Notes: generated by a model not told the origin, from the letters alone. Counted from the stretch's first letter, positions 9,871 through 19,792 are shown. The stretch is 52,146 bases of DNA from an uncultured bacterium (GCA_964609495.1 CAZSTA010000002.1:1-52146); one strand, 5' to 3'. A program made the numbers and translations.

Positions 9871-11553
9871 ATGATGAGTGCTAATAAGATCGTAGTTATA
9901 GGTGGAGTTGCTAGTGGAACAAGCGCAGCGGCTAAGGCGAGAAGATGTGATGAGGATGCTGAGATCACCATCTTCGAAAGAGGAGAATATATATCCTATG
10001 CCACATGTAGCTTGCCCTATTATATCTCTGGGTTGATATCGCATAAAAATCGACTGGTATTAAACACGCCTAAAACTTTTAAGAAGCAGCACAATATCGA
10101 GGTGAAGTTGAGGCATGAGGTCACAAGGATTATACCTGAGAGGAAAGAGGTTGAGGTCAGAAATCTCAATAGCAATAGGGAGCAGATTTATCCATACGAT
10201 AAGCTAGTTATCGCCACTGGAGCCAGTCCGATAGTTCCCCCTATAGATGGGATTGAGCTATCTCATATCTATACTTTACGCACGATAGAAGACGCTGAAA
10301 ACATCAGAAACTTTATTGAAGAAGAGAACTCTCGAAGAGCAGCTATCGTTGGCGGGGGATTGATCGGGCTGGAGATGGTCGAGGCATTTCTCGAAAGGGG
10401 TCTATATGTGACAGTTGTAGAAAAGATGGCTCAATTGCTCCCGAATTTTGATTGGGAAATGGCTCAAGTGGTGGAGAACCACTTATTGGAGAAGGGTGTA
10501 GATGTTATCTGCTGTGATGCTGTGAAATCCTTCAAGGGGGATGGAATGAAGGTCAAGAAGCTTATTACTGAGAGCGGGAGAGAAATCGATGTGGATATAG
10601 TGCTTATGTCTGTTGGAATCAGACCTAACGTAAAGCTGGCTAGGGAAGCTGGGATAACGTTAGGTCCTACCAGAGCAATTGCCACCAATAGTAGAATGGA
10701 GACCTCAGTTGATGATATATATGCCGCTGGCGATTGCGCGGAGAGCAAGCATATAATCACTGGTGAACCGACCTGGGCTCCTCTGGGTTCTGTGGCTAAT
10801 AAGCATGGTCGAGTGGCGGGGGAGAACGTGATGGGAAGAGATGCTGAGTTTAAGGGTGTGCTGGGAAGTTGCATCGCGAAGGTATGTGACTTAGCAGTCG
10901 CCCTAACTGGACTTGGGGAGAAGGGATCTCGCGAGAAAGGATATGATATAGCAGTTTCCTACGTTTACCCAGAGGATCATGCCGGTTCCTATCCTGGGGC
11001 AGCCCCAGTGACGATAAAAACAATAGCTGATAAAAAAGATGGGCGTTTGTTAGGGGCTCAGATCGTTGGAAGTCAAGGTGTTGATAAGCGGATAGATGTG
11101 ATAGCAACAGCTATTTATGGTGGAATTAAAGCAGATGAGCTCCTCCAAGTTGACCTCGCCTATGCTCCTCCCTTCTCGCCAGCTAAAGATCCTGTTATTG
11201 TGGCTGGACTCGTCACCGGAAATGAGGTAAAAGGGGATGTGAGTGTTATATTGCCTGCCCAGTTGAAGAAGCGGCTCGATGATGGGGAGGATTTCACCCT
11301 TCTAGATGTCAGAACTCTAAGGGAATTTGAATCTGGATATATTGAAGGCGCCAAGCATATACATGTGGAAGAGCTTAGAGATCGTCTCGATGAGCTGGAG
11401 AGAGGGAAAGATATAGTTGTGTATTGCCTAACAGGATTTCGATCCTATCGCGCTAGCAGGATATTAATGAATAGAGGCTTTAATAGAGTGTTAAATCTCT
11501 CCGGAGGGACTAAATCTTGGAACTATGGAATGGAAAAACCAGAAAAGCCTTGA
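9871..11553 (+). CDS. CoA-disulfide/persulfide reductase with C-terminal rhodanese domain (CoADR-RHD / Npsr type)
   Basis: GGVASG FAD site, SYATCSLPY redox Cys, GGGLIG NAD site, YAPPF, rhodanese YCLTGFRS. Confidence 0.9.
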   Translation: MMSANKIVVIGGVASGTSAAAKARRCDEDAEITIFERGEYISYATCSLPYYISGLISHKNRLVLNTPKTFKKQHNIEVKLRHEVTRIIPERKEVEVRNLNSNREQIYPYDKLVIATGASPIVPPIDGIELSHIYTLRTIEDAENIRNFIEEENSRRAAIVGGGLIGLEMVEAFLERGLYVTVVEKMAQLLPNFDWEMAQVVENHLLEKGVDVICCDAVKSFKGDGMKVKKLITESGREIDVDIVLMSVGIRPNVKLAREAGITLGPTRAIATNSRMETSVDDIYAAGDCAESKHIITGEPTWAPLGSVANKHGRVAGENVMGRDAEFKGVLGSCIAKVCDLAVALTGLGEKGSREKGYDIAVSYVYPEDHAGSYPGAAPVTIKTIADKKDGRLLGAQIVGSQGVDKRIDVIATAIYGGIKADELLQVDLAYAPPFSPAKDPVIVAGLVTGNEVKGDVSVILPAQLKKRLDDGEDFTLLDVRTLREFESGYIEGAKHIHVEELRDRLDELERGKDIVVYCLTGFRSYRASRILMNRGFNRVLNLSGGTKSWNYGMEKPEKP

Positions 11554-11661
11554 GTGTAAGGACGGCTCTTGCTAGGAATATCGAGGTACATCTGCCTTTT
11601 GGGATAGATATCTGAACTGTTAGGATATGAATAAGTTAGGCGAAATTCAGGGGGATGTATA

Positions 11662-12624
11662 ATGGATATAGATTTTTACAAAGGAGTTATTGAGGAGTGC
11701 TTTCCCCAGGTCCGGGTATCAGATATTCGGTTTCTCGGGGGAGGGTCATGCCGAGTCTTCGAGGTTAATAACGAGTTGATATTTAGGTTTCCTCATGGCT
11801 CGAACGTTGAAGAGGCGATAAGGAAAGAAAAGCGTTTGTATGATCAACTTTATCGAGCATTTTCATTTACAATTCCGCACTACGAATACTTCTCGAATGA
11901 TTGCGCGAGCTTGAATAAGCCAGTTGCTGGATATAAGAAGATCGGGGGTATCGAGTTGTCGCAGTGTCGCCTCAGCAACTCTCAATTGAAGAAGCTATCA
12001 TCCCAGATCGCCAAGTTATTATCCCAAATCCATAGCTTTCCAGTGGAGAAGGCGATGGATTTGGGATTTCCTTACTTTTCACCTAGCAGTCAGAGAGCTA
12101 ATTTTTCGCGTTCCTACAATGATGAGGTAAAGGATAAATTGTTTCCGATGCTCACTACTCAGGGGCAAGATTGGGTTAGGGAACTTTTTGAGGAATTTCT
12201 ATCGAACGATCGGAACTTCGACTTCGAGCCAGTTCTGACACACGGTGATTTTGATTCGAGTAATATCCTCTATGATCAAGAGCGAGAGGAGATCTCGGGG
12301 ATTATTGATTTTGAGGATGCGGTAATAGAAGATCCGACTAGGGATCTTTGTGTTTTGGTAGATGAGTTTGGCAAGGAATTTGTTCAAGATATCCTCGCCG
12401 ATTACGAGGGAGTGGTTGATGACGGTCTTCAGAGGAGGATATCATTTCGTTCAAAACAAGTTGTGTTTATTGAGATCTTCTATGGGTTGGAATTCAACGA
12501 GCCTGAATTCACGGAGAATGGATTGAAGAGGTTGAGAAGAGCGATGAACGATTCTGATATAATTGGAGGGTGGCTTCAGAAGTCAACGTCAGAAACGAGA
12601 TATCAAAATGGTTTCCCTCCGTAA
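11662..12624 (+). CDS. Aminoglycoside phosphotransferase / choline kinase family protein
   Basis: LIFRFP, Brenner motif HGDFDSSNIL, GIIDFEDA. Confidence 0.85.
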   Translation: MDIDFYKGVIEECFPQVRVSDIRFLGGGSCRVFEVNNELIFRFPHGSNVEEAIRKEKRLYDQLYRAFSFTIPHYEYFSNDCASLNKPVAGYKKIGGIELSQCRLSNSQLKKLSSQIAKLLSQIHSFPVEKAMDLGFPYFSPSSQRANFSRSYNDEVKDKLFPMLTTQGQDWVRELFEEFLSNDRNFDFEPVLTHGDFDSSNILYDQEREEISGIIDFEDAVIEDPTRDLCVLVDEFGKEFVQDILADYEGVVDDGLQRRISFRSKQVVFIEIFYGLEFNEPEFTENGLKRLRRAMNDSDIIGGWLQKSTSETRYQNGFPP

Positions 12625-12683
12625 ATCTGATTTCTAACCCAAGTTTAACAGTTAGTGAAGATCCCCAGAATTGAAGTCACCTT

Positions 12684-13120
12684 TCATTTTGATGGACATA
12701 TGGTGTTGCGTCCCCAGTATTTAATGATTACCTCAATTAGATCGCTTGTGGTGACGTCAGTGTTATTCTTAGGGTCAGGTCCATGACGGAAGTTAAAGGC
12801 ATCGCTCTCCTCCGCGTGGGGTTCCCACGAAGGGTCCCACACTCATAGCGCATGGTTCACACCGCGTTGCTCAAACAGGTCCATCTGGTCGTCCATAAAG
12901 TCAGCCGCGCCAGGTACCCATCGCACAACGCCAAACTCATTCACCACGACCGGCACGTTATGCATTGCCTTAAACGTATCCACATTGAGAGAGGGTTTCT
13001 TGAGATAGAACTGCTCTTTATAACAACACCTCTATAATCGCATAACTGCCAGTAAAATCAGGCTAATAAAAATACCACCTATAATGGTGGCTAGTTTGTT
13101 ATTTATTTCTTTCCAAAATC
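12684..13120 (-). pseudogene. Degraded GH5 (cellulase-family) gene: C-terminal fragment with internal stop
   Basis: Minus strand reads ...HNVPVVVNEFGVVRWVPGAADFMDDQMDLFEQRGVNHAL*VWDPSW...; TGA at 12843-12845 where Trp is expected; signal-like stretch upstream in another frame. Confidence 0.7.
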
Positions 13121-13167
13121 CATCTCAGAACTTATTCCGAAGATAAGTAGCGATAATCCTCATCTAC

Positions 13168-14001
13168 CTACCCTTTCAATCCTGTTAAAGTGATTCCCTC
13201 GATGAGATGTCCCTGAGCTATTGAGAAGGCGACGAAGGTCGGAAGCACAGTGATCACTGTGCCTGCCATTACCAGATGCCATAAAGTTCCATATTCACCT
13301 CTGAAGAGGGCTAATCCTAAGGGCAAAGTTCTCATAGATATTCTGTTTATGACAATGACTGGCCAGAGGAAAGAATCCCAGTTGGCCATAAAGATAAATA
13401 ATCCTAAAGTGGCTAAAGCTGGTTTGGATAAAGGGATTATAATTCGCCAGTATATACGGAATTCGGAACAGCCATCTATCCGAGCCGCATCGATCATATC
13501 GGTCGGGATGGTTTTTATGAACTGTCTCATCAAATATATTCCAAAGGCACTGTTAAGGGCGGGAACGATCAGAGCCCAATAGGTATCGATCCATCCGAAT
13601 AGTTTCATAAGTATATAAAGGGGGATAATTATCACTTGGAAGGGGATCATCATCGTGCTCAGGACGATCAGAAACATAGCATCCCGTCCTCGAAAGCTAT
13701 ATTTGGAGAAGGCGAATCCTGCTAAGGAACTGGTGAAGAGACAAACTGTTACCACCACCGTAGCTACAAAGAGGCTATTGAAGAAGAAGCGCGCGAAAGG
13801 AACAGCCTTCAATACACCAGGATAATTAGCGAAGGTGAAGTTCTCGGGTATCCAGGTGGGGGGGAATCTACGAATCTCACTTATTGGTTTGAATGAGCTG
13901 GATAACATCCATAAGAATGGTCCGAGCATCGCTGCTGAGGTGACCACCACGAAGATAAGTAACAAAATTTTCTTTAGGATCTGGATCAAAATTTTGTTCA
14001 C
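13168..14001 (-). CDS. Carbohydrate ABC transporter permease (MalG-like)
   Basis: EAA loop DAARIDGCS; GITLTGLKG C-terminus. Confidence 0.95.
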   Translation of the reverse strand: MNKILIQILKKILLLIFVVVTSAAMLGPFLWMLSSSFKPISEIRRFPPTWIPENFTFANYPGVLKAVPFARFFFNSLFVATVVVTVCLFTSSLAGFAFSKYSFRGRDAMFLIVLSTMMIPFQVIIIPLYILMKLFGWIDTYWALIVPALNSAFGIYLMRQFIKTIPTDMIDAARIDGCSEFRIYWRIIIPLSKPALATLGLFIFMANWDSFLWPVIVINRISMRTLPLGLALFRGEYGTLWHLVMAGTVITVLPTFVAFSIAQGHLIEGITLTGLKG

Positions 14002-14036
14002 TTTACTATCTCCTAGAAGAGATATTCAACATATAA

Positions 14037-14939
14037 TCAATAAGTTATCTCAGCCTTGAAATATTTCAACTGAAGTATTGTTACGAAGAAGATTATCCCG
14101 AAAAGGACAAAAGCCATCGCTGATGCTTCTCCCATACGCAGAAAGCGGAAGCCGCGAAGATATATCTCTAGAACCGCCGTTCTAGTAGCAGTTCCAGGGC
14201 CTCCCCCGGTCATAACATAAGTTTGAGTGAATACTTGAAAAGCTCCGATTACACCAGTTACAAGTATGAATACCGTGACGTTCTTCAGTAGAGGCAAGGT
14301 TATATACCATATAGCTTGCCAGGGAGTTGTTCCATCGATCAATCCTGCCTCGTAATAGACCCTGGGGATACCAACTAAGCCGGCCATGAAGATCACCATA
14401 ATAAAGCCGACCTGTTTCCATACCGTCATCATTATAATTGAGTTCATCGCTAAATCGGGATTGATAAGCCACCTATAAGGTCCGAGACCGATTAATCCGA
14501 GTAAGTAGTTTAATAACCCGAAAGTTGGCTCATATATCCAAATCCAGACGATAGATACCGCGACCATAGAGGTAACTACCGGAACGAAGCAGACCGCCCT
14601 CATATAAGGTCTCAGTGGCCCTCGCAAGCTATTTACGATTATAGCCAAGGCTAAACCGAGGAGAGTTACGGTAGCCACATAGACTACCGCGAAATATACT
14701 GTATTTCCTAATACGGTATGAAATAGAGGATCTTTGAGAACATTTATATAGTTAGTAAGTCCTATAAAAGGTTTTGCCTTCGATAAAAAGTGCCACTTAA
14801 AGAAGCTGATATATAAGGCATAAAGCACGGGAAAAGCCACTAGAACCACAATGGAAAGCATAGGAGAGGTTATAAATATATAGGGAGCTAAAGTAGTGCT
14901 ACTGATTTTACTTCGTTTCTTTGTTTTTGTGCTCACCAA
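14037..14939 (-). CDS. Carbohydrate ABC transporter permease (MalF-like)
   Basis: YYEAGLIDG, FQVFTQ...MTGGGP. Confidence 0.95.
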   Translation of the reverse strand: MVSTKTKKRSKISSTTLAPYIFITSPMLSIVVLVAFPVLYALYISFFKWHFLSKAKPFIGLTNYINVLKDPLFHTVLGNTVYFAVVYVATVTLLGLALAIIVNSLRGPLRPYMRAVCFVPVVTSMVAVSIVWIWIYEPTFGLLNYLLGLIGLGPYRWLINPDLAMNSIIMMTVWKQVGFIMVIFMAGLVGIPRVYYEAGLIDGTTPWQAIWYITLPLLKNVTVFILVTGVIGAFQVFTQTYVMTGGGPGTATRTAVLEIYLRGFRFLRMGEASAMAFVLFGIIFFVTILQLKYFKAEITY

Positions 14940-14984
14940 GGGTCATCTCCTTAATCTCTGATTAGCCCTATAAAAATATAAGAT

Positions 14985-15021
14985 CTTCTGTAGCAGTCGG
15001 TGATTTCGGCTGCTACAGAAG
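14985..15021 (-). terminator. Stem-loop between binding protein and permease genes
   Basis: CTTCTGTAGCAGTCG...CGGCTGCTACAGAAG. Confidence 0.65.
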
Positions 15022-15039
15022 TAAAGCTCATCTAGATGA

Positions 15040-16257
15040 TTAATCTTGGGCAAGAATTCTTTTCACATTCTCAGCCGCCCTCTTCAAGCCCTCCTCTGGC
15101 GTCACCTCACCCACTAAGATACGCTCCATCTCGGTGGTGATGGCTATCTGCGCCTCGGTCCAGTTAGCCTCGGCCGGTAAGAATCGCCCGTATTGGAACT
15201 CATCGATGAAGGTCTTTGTCCAAGGATCGCCCTCGAACTTCTCGATATTGACGTAATCCACCGGTGGATAGCCAACCAGATCTATAAGGGAGAGCTCGTT
15301 CTCAGTGTTGTTCAACCACTTGAGGAAATCCCAAGATGCCCTCTTATTCTCCTCCTTAGCACCTTTATTGACTACCCAGGTCCAGTGATAGGAGGTAGCT
15401 ATCTTCTTACCATCTTTACCCTTCAAAGCTGGCAAAGCCTTAAAATTAAGATCCGGATTCTCCAATCTTATCGAGGACTTAGCATAGCAGCCACTTATTG
15501 CCGTCCCGCACCTGCCGATGTTGAAAGCGCTAGGCATAACATCAATTGGAGCTAACTTCATATAGGCTTTAGTAGCCTCGATCCCCGCGGGATCGGTAAA
15601 GGCGGCTTCTTTTCCATCCGGGGTCAGGATATCACTTCCCCAAGCCCAGAGCACACTTGACCAGTGGAGCATAATCCACAATCCGCTGAGGGATAAGCTC
15701 ACTCCGAACTGCTCGGGAACACCCTTTGCATCGCGGATCGTGAGCTTTTCCTGAACCTCCAACAGCTCATCGTAAGAGGTGGGATATGGCACCCCAGTCC
15801 CCTCATATATATCAACATTAACATAAGGGAGCAGGACGATAGCCTCGTTCACATAGCCATAGAGATTATCGCCGACCATGGAGCCTTTCCATGATTCGGG
15901 AACGAAGTTTGTCCTGAGATCTTCCTCGATATCGGGAGGGGTCTCTTGTAGATAATCGCCCCGGACCAGATCGTGCATAGTCGGGTAATAGACGCACATC
16001 ACATCTGGGGCAGTCCCGGTCTGGAGCATAACCATCATCTTCTGGTCATACTCATTATGAGGAACATGGGAGAACTCTATTGATATATCGGGATTAACCT
16101 TTTTATACTCCGCTATCCTCTCGACCATCCAATCATTCCAAGCTTTATAGGTATGGGTCATGAGGACTAGCTTCATCTTCGCGGCATTCGCCTGGATGCT
16201 GAATCCTAAGGTCATTACTAGAAGTGAGATCACCAATAATATGGTAATTCTTTTCAC
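15040..16257 (-). CDS. Carbohydrate ABC transporter solute-binding protein
   Basis: SD AAGGAGG before GTG 16257; signal peptide ending QANA; GTAPDV and SWDFLKWL motifs. Confidence 0.9.
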   Translation of the reverse strand: MKRITILLVISLLVMTLGFSIQANAAKMKLVLMTHTYKAWNDWMVERIAEYKKVNPDISIEFSHVPHNEYDQKMMVMLQTGTAPDVMCVYYPTMHDLVRGDYLQETPPDIEEDLRTNFVPESWKGSMVGDNLYGYVNEAIVLLPYVNVDIYEGTGVPYPTSYDELLEVQEKLTIRDAKGVPEQFGVSLSLSGLWIMLHWSSVLWAWGSDILTPDGKEAAFTDPAGIEATKAYMKLAPIDVMPSAFNIGRCGTAISGCYAKSSIRLENPDLNFKALPALKGKDGKKIATSYHWTWVVNKGAKEENKRASWDFLKWLNNTENELSLIDLVGYPPVDYVNIEKFEGDPWTKTFIDEFQYGRFLPAEANWTEAQIAITTEMERILVGEVTPEEGLKRAAENVKRILAQD

Positions 16258-16374
16258 TGCTCTTACCTCCTTAATTCCTGACAAATTTACTTTACTACCT
16301 GAGCAAAAAATACTGAGAATGAATCTTCATCTACCACCTCCCTTGATATCTATTTTATTTTTATTGGAAGTTGC

Positions 16375-16472
16375 AAAAAACTCCCCGCTTCCACCGGGGA
16401 GATGAATATAGAGCTAGAATGATAACGATCCTTCCAGACGCTCATCAGCAAAGCTAGAGGATATCCGCCATT
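16375..16472 (-). ncRNA. Unidentified structured leader or small RNA ending in an intrinsic terminator
   Basis: Directly downstream of a consensus promoter; GGAA-capped rod hairpin, then CTCCCCG-loop-CGGGGAG-TTTTTT. Confidence 0.45.
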
Positions 16473-16479
16473 AGGTAAT

Positions 16480-16508
16480 ATTATATCACCCTCTAGCTCA
16501 ATTGTCAA
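16480..16508 (-). promoter_or_regulatory. Consensus sigma70 promoter of ABC operon 1
   Basis: TTGACA-17-TATAAT with extended TG. Confidence 0.8.
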
Positions 16509-16617
16509 GTATTATGTCAAATTTCCCAAGTATGTAAACTTCGTGTTGGGAATAAGCTAATATCTGATATTAGAGCATAGATGATCTTCATTCTGAAGAT
16601 CTATGAGAGAAAAATTA

Positions 16618-17460
16618 TTACCCCTTTAACCCAGTGAGAGTTATCCCCTGGGTGAACTGATTCTGCATAAGCAGGTAGAATATCAGGATAGGAAGCACCG
16701 CTACAAAGGCCGCGGCAGTCATAAGGCCATACTCCGTATAATACATATTGGTGAATCTGGTTAGACCCACCTCCAAAGGCTTTCTAGCATCGGTCGAGAT
16801 GACGATCAAGGGCCATAAGAAAGTTGTCCAACCCCACATAAAGGTGAAGATAGCAAAGGTAGCTATATTCGTCTTGAGCTGAGGCATAATTACTCGCCAG
16901 TAGATAGTGAAAGCGCCACATCCATCTATCTTAGCCGCATCTACAATCTCATTAGGTATATTCAGGACGCTCTGACGGAAGAAGAAGATACCAAATGGGC
17001 CCATTAACCCCGGCACTATGACCGCCTGATAAGTATCAACCCAATTAAAAATTACCATAAGATTGTAGAGAGGTAATAGCTTCACCTGAAAGGGGATCAT
17101 CATCGTCGTTATGATCAATACGAAGAGCACACCTCGTCCGGGAAAGCGAAGTTTGGCGAATATATATCCTGCCAGTGAACAGAAGAATATGGAGGGAACC
17201 GCCTTAAACACCGTATAGATGATGCTATTTAAGAAGTATCTGAGTATCGGAGCCTTTACGAAGATGTCACGGTAGTTATCCCAGGTAAGGGGACGAGGGA
17301 CGAAGGTGGGAGGAAACTTGATGGAATCCTCGGGAGTCTTAAAGGAGGTCGAGATCATCCATATAAATGGCCCTATCATAAAAACGGTCATTATCACCAT
17401 AAATATCTGCAAAAGGAAATTCTCGAGCGATATCCTTCTCAATTTTATCATCTTTTTCAC
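16618..17460 (-). CDS. Carbohydrate ABC transporter permease (MalG-like)
   Basis: DAAKIDGC EAA loop. Confidence 0.95.
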   Translation of the reverse strand: MKKMIKLRRISLENFLLQIFMVIMTVFMIGPFIWMISTSFKTPEDSIKFPPTFVPRPLTWDNYRDIFVKAPILRYFLNSIIYTVFKAVPSIFFCSLAGYIFAKLRFPGRGVLFVLIITTMMIPFQVKLLPLYNLMVIFNWVDTYQAVIVPGLMGPFGIFFFRQSVLNIPNEIVDAAKIDGCGAFTIYWRVIMPQLKTNIATFAIFTFMWGWTTFLWPLIVISTDARKPLEVGLTRFTNMYYTEYGLMTAAAFVAVLPILIFYLLMQNQFTQGITLTGLKG

Positions 17461-17467
17461 CTCCCGC

Positions 17468-18367
17468 TCAGTCTGTCCTCAACACCTTCATCTGGATCAG
17501 AGTGAGGGTTAGAATGAAGATCAATAAGACAAAGGCCATGCTTGAGGCATATCCCATATGAAAATATCTAAAGCCATGTTCGTAGAGGGTGTAAACGATA
17601 GTTCTAGTAGCATCCATCGGTCCTCCCTCAGTCATAACGTAGATTTGGGTGAAGACCTGGAAGGAACCGATCATTGAGGTAACTAGAACGAGTAGGACCA
17701 TTGGCTTGAGCAGAGGAAGGGTTATAAACCAGAAGTTCTGCGTGCGAGAAGCCCCATCGATCTGAGCCACCTCATAATAGACCTCGGGGATACTCTTCAA
17801 TCCAGCCATAAATATCACCATATGAAAACCGGCATCCTTCCAGATGCTCATAGCTGTTACGGCGGGAAGAGCTAACTTCTCGCTAGCCAGCCAAATATAA
17901 GGCCCTAGACCCACTAATCCTAGAATATAGTTCAATATCCCTACACGAGGTTGATATATCCACTGCCATACAATACACACCGCAACCATAGATGTTACTA
18001 CGGGAGTGAAGAAGGCTACCTTATAAAAGTTGAAGAAGCGAAGCCCTTTGTTAAGAGCCAAAGCTAAGATCAGGGATAAAGTTGCGCCGATGAAAACCTT
18101 CGCTATAGTGAAGACAACAGTATTTCTTATCGAAGCCACAAAGATGCGATCTTGAGCAAGTTTTATGTAGTTGCCAAAGCCCACAAAGGGATGAGTATCA
18201 TACATCGGATCGAACTTGAAAAAGCTCATTATAAAGGAAGCGATCATCGGATAATAATGAAATAAGGCGAAGAATATAATGACTGGTAATAGAAGCAGAT
18301 AGGCAGTTATCGCCTCCTTCCTCTCTAAATTCAACCATCTCTTCTTTTTAACTCTCTCTTCGCTCAT
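17468..18367 (-). CDS. Carbohydrate ABC transporter permease (MalF-like)
   Basis: YYEVAQIDGA; start at ATG 18367 after SD GAGGAG. Confidence 0.93.
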   Translation of the reverse strand: MSEERVKKKRWLNLERKEAITAYLLLLPVIIFFALFHYYPMIASFIMSFFKFDPMYDTHPFVGFGNYIKLAQDRIFVASIRNTVVFTIAKVFIGATLSLILALALNKGLRFFNFYKVAFFTPVVTSMVAVCIVWQWIYQPRVGILNYILGLVGLGPYIWLASEKLALPAVTAMSIWKDAGFHMVIFMAGLKSIPEVYYEVAQIDGASRTQNFWFITLPLLKPMVLLVLVTSMIGSFQVFTQIYVMTEGGPMDATRTIVYTLYEHGFRYFHMGYASSMAFVLLIFILTLTLIQMKVLRTD

Positions 18368-18409
18368 AAGACATCTCCTCACTAAAAATCTTGGGGTTAA
18401 AATTATAGA

Positions 18410-18440
18410 TGTGGCAGTCAGGTCTGACCCGACTGCCACA
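18410..18440 (-). terminator. Stem-loop between binding protein and permease genes
   Basis: TGTGGCAGTC...GACTGCCACA perfect 10-bp stem. Confidence 0.6.
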
Positions 18441-18448
18441 AGAATAAT

Positions 18449-19792
18449 CTACCACCAAGGTATCTCATAACCTTCCGGCTTCATATCCGCAGGAATTTCC
18501 TTCAGAATATCCTCTATCTCCTTCGCCGCCTGATCCAAAGCTTCCTCTATCCCAATCTTTCCGTAGCAGGCGGCCTCGACGTTCTTCCCCATTATATTCT
18601 CCATCTCATAGAGTCTGGGAAGCTCTGGGACCCAGACCACATTGGGTTGAGTGAGATATACCGAGAAGATCGGATCCTCCATAAATTCGGGCATAGCCGC
18701 GGCGGACTTGACGGTGGGAGGACGTCTAGCCATCCTAGCATACTTCAATTGTTGCTCCGGTTGCATCAGCCAGAGGAGAAAATCGAAGGATTCCTTGGGG
18801 TGCTTAGAATCCTTAGTCACTCCTATTGCGGGGTGATTACTGGCTATGGTTGAGGAGATCACCGCCTTGGGGATATGAGCTGCTCCATAGTTTACCCCGG
18901 GCACCATATCAGGAGCATAATCTGACAACCACCGTTTGATCCAATCGCCTCTCCACCACATAGCTACGGTCTTCTGACCAAAACCTTGCTGATCACCTGG
19001 ATCAAGCTCTACGCTATCCAACTTCCAAGTATTCAACACATCATAGTAAAGTTGAAGAGCTTTCTGTCCAGCCTCGGAGTTTATCAAGGATTTGGTGAAG
19101 GTTTCATCATACTCCTTGCCCCCATAGGAATAGAAGGCAACTTTCCACTTAGCAAAGATCCCCTGGGGATGACCGGTCTTTCTGATCCAGAATCCAGCTC
19201 GGGTGACTGCTCCCTTATCATCATATTTGGTAAGCTTCTTACCATATTCCACCAGATCATCGAAGGTAGCGGGAGGAGTATCCGGATCTAAGCCGGCTTC
19301 TTTATACATATCCTTGTTATAATAGAGGATAAGCCAGTTTCCTCTCACACAAGCCGCATAGATCTTACCCCCATATTCCGAGCCTCCTAATATGGAAGGG
19401 GTTAAGGCTTCTTTCCTGGTATATTCGGCAAATTCAGGATTATGCTCCTCCGCAGGAACTAGCCAGCCAGCTTTAACATATTGATCGAAAGCTACATCGT
19501 GATTTCCAAGAATATCTGGTCCCTTCCCTGCTCGCAAGTTCACTACTATCTTAGTCTCATAGTCCGTTAGCGAGCCGGTGAAGCGATCGAAGACAAGCTC
19601 TATATCAGGATTCGCCTTTTGATAGCCCTCGATGAATTCCCTCTCAAAATCAGCCACCCATTCCTCATCGGCAACTGCATTATCCCAGTATATCAATTTT
19701 ATCTTTGCCGCTTCAACCTGGGAGAAGCTAAGAGATGTCGCCAAGGCGAGTACAGATACAAGAATTACCGCCTTTAATATCCCCTTTTTCAT
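18449..19792 (-). CDS. Carbohydrate ABC transporter solute-binding protein
   Basis: Signal peptide, GKGPDI, LYYNKDMYKEAGLDP. Confidence 0.92.
   Translation of the reverse strand: MKKGILKAVILVSVLALATSLSFSQVEAAKIKLIYWDNAVADEEWVADFEREFIEGYQKANPDIELVFDRFTGSLTDYETKIVVNLRAGKGPDILGNHDVAFDQYVKAGWLVPAEEHNPEFAEYTRKEALTPSILGGSEYGGKIYAACVRGNWLILYYNKDMYKEAGLDPDTPPATFDDLVEYGKKLTKYDDKGAVTRAGFWIRKTGHPQGIFAKWKVAFYSYGGKEYDETFTKSLINSEAGQKALQLYYDVLNTWKLDSVELDPGDQQGFGQKTVAMWWRGDWIKRWLSDYAPDMVPGVNYGAAHIPKAVISSTIASNHPAIGVTKDSKHPKESFDFLLWLMQPEQQLKYARMARRPPTVKSAAAMPEFMEDPIFSVYLTQPNVVWVPELPRLYEMENIMGKNVEAACYGKIGIEEALDQAAKEIEDILKEIPADMKPEGYEIPWW

Noticed and set aside
12843-12845. In-frame TGA as recoding (Trp, Gly or Sec)
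   Set aside because: Many intact genes here end in TGA and the surrounding gene is otherwise truncated
16381-16405. CCACCGGGGAG as a ZMP/ZTP riboswitch
   Set aside because: Wrong strand for the operon, other conserved elements absent; it is the terminator stem
16425-16450. CTGATGAG on the minus strand as hammerhead ribozyme or fluoride riboswitch
   Set aside because: No GAAA core after stem II and no fluoride-riboswitch 5' motif
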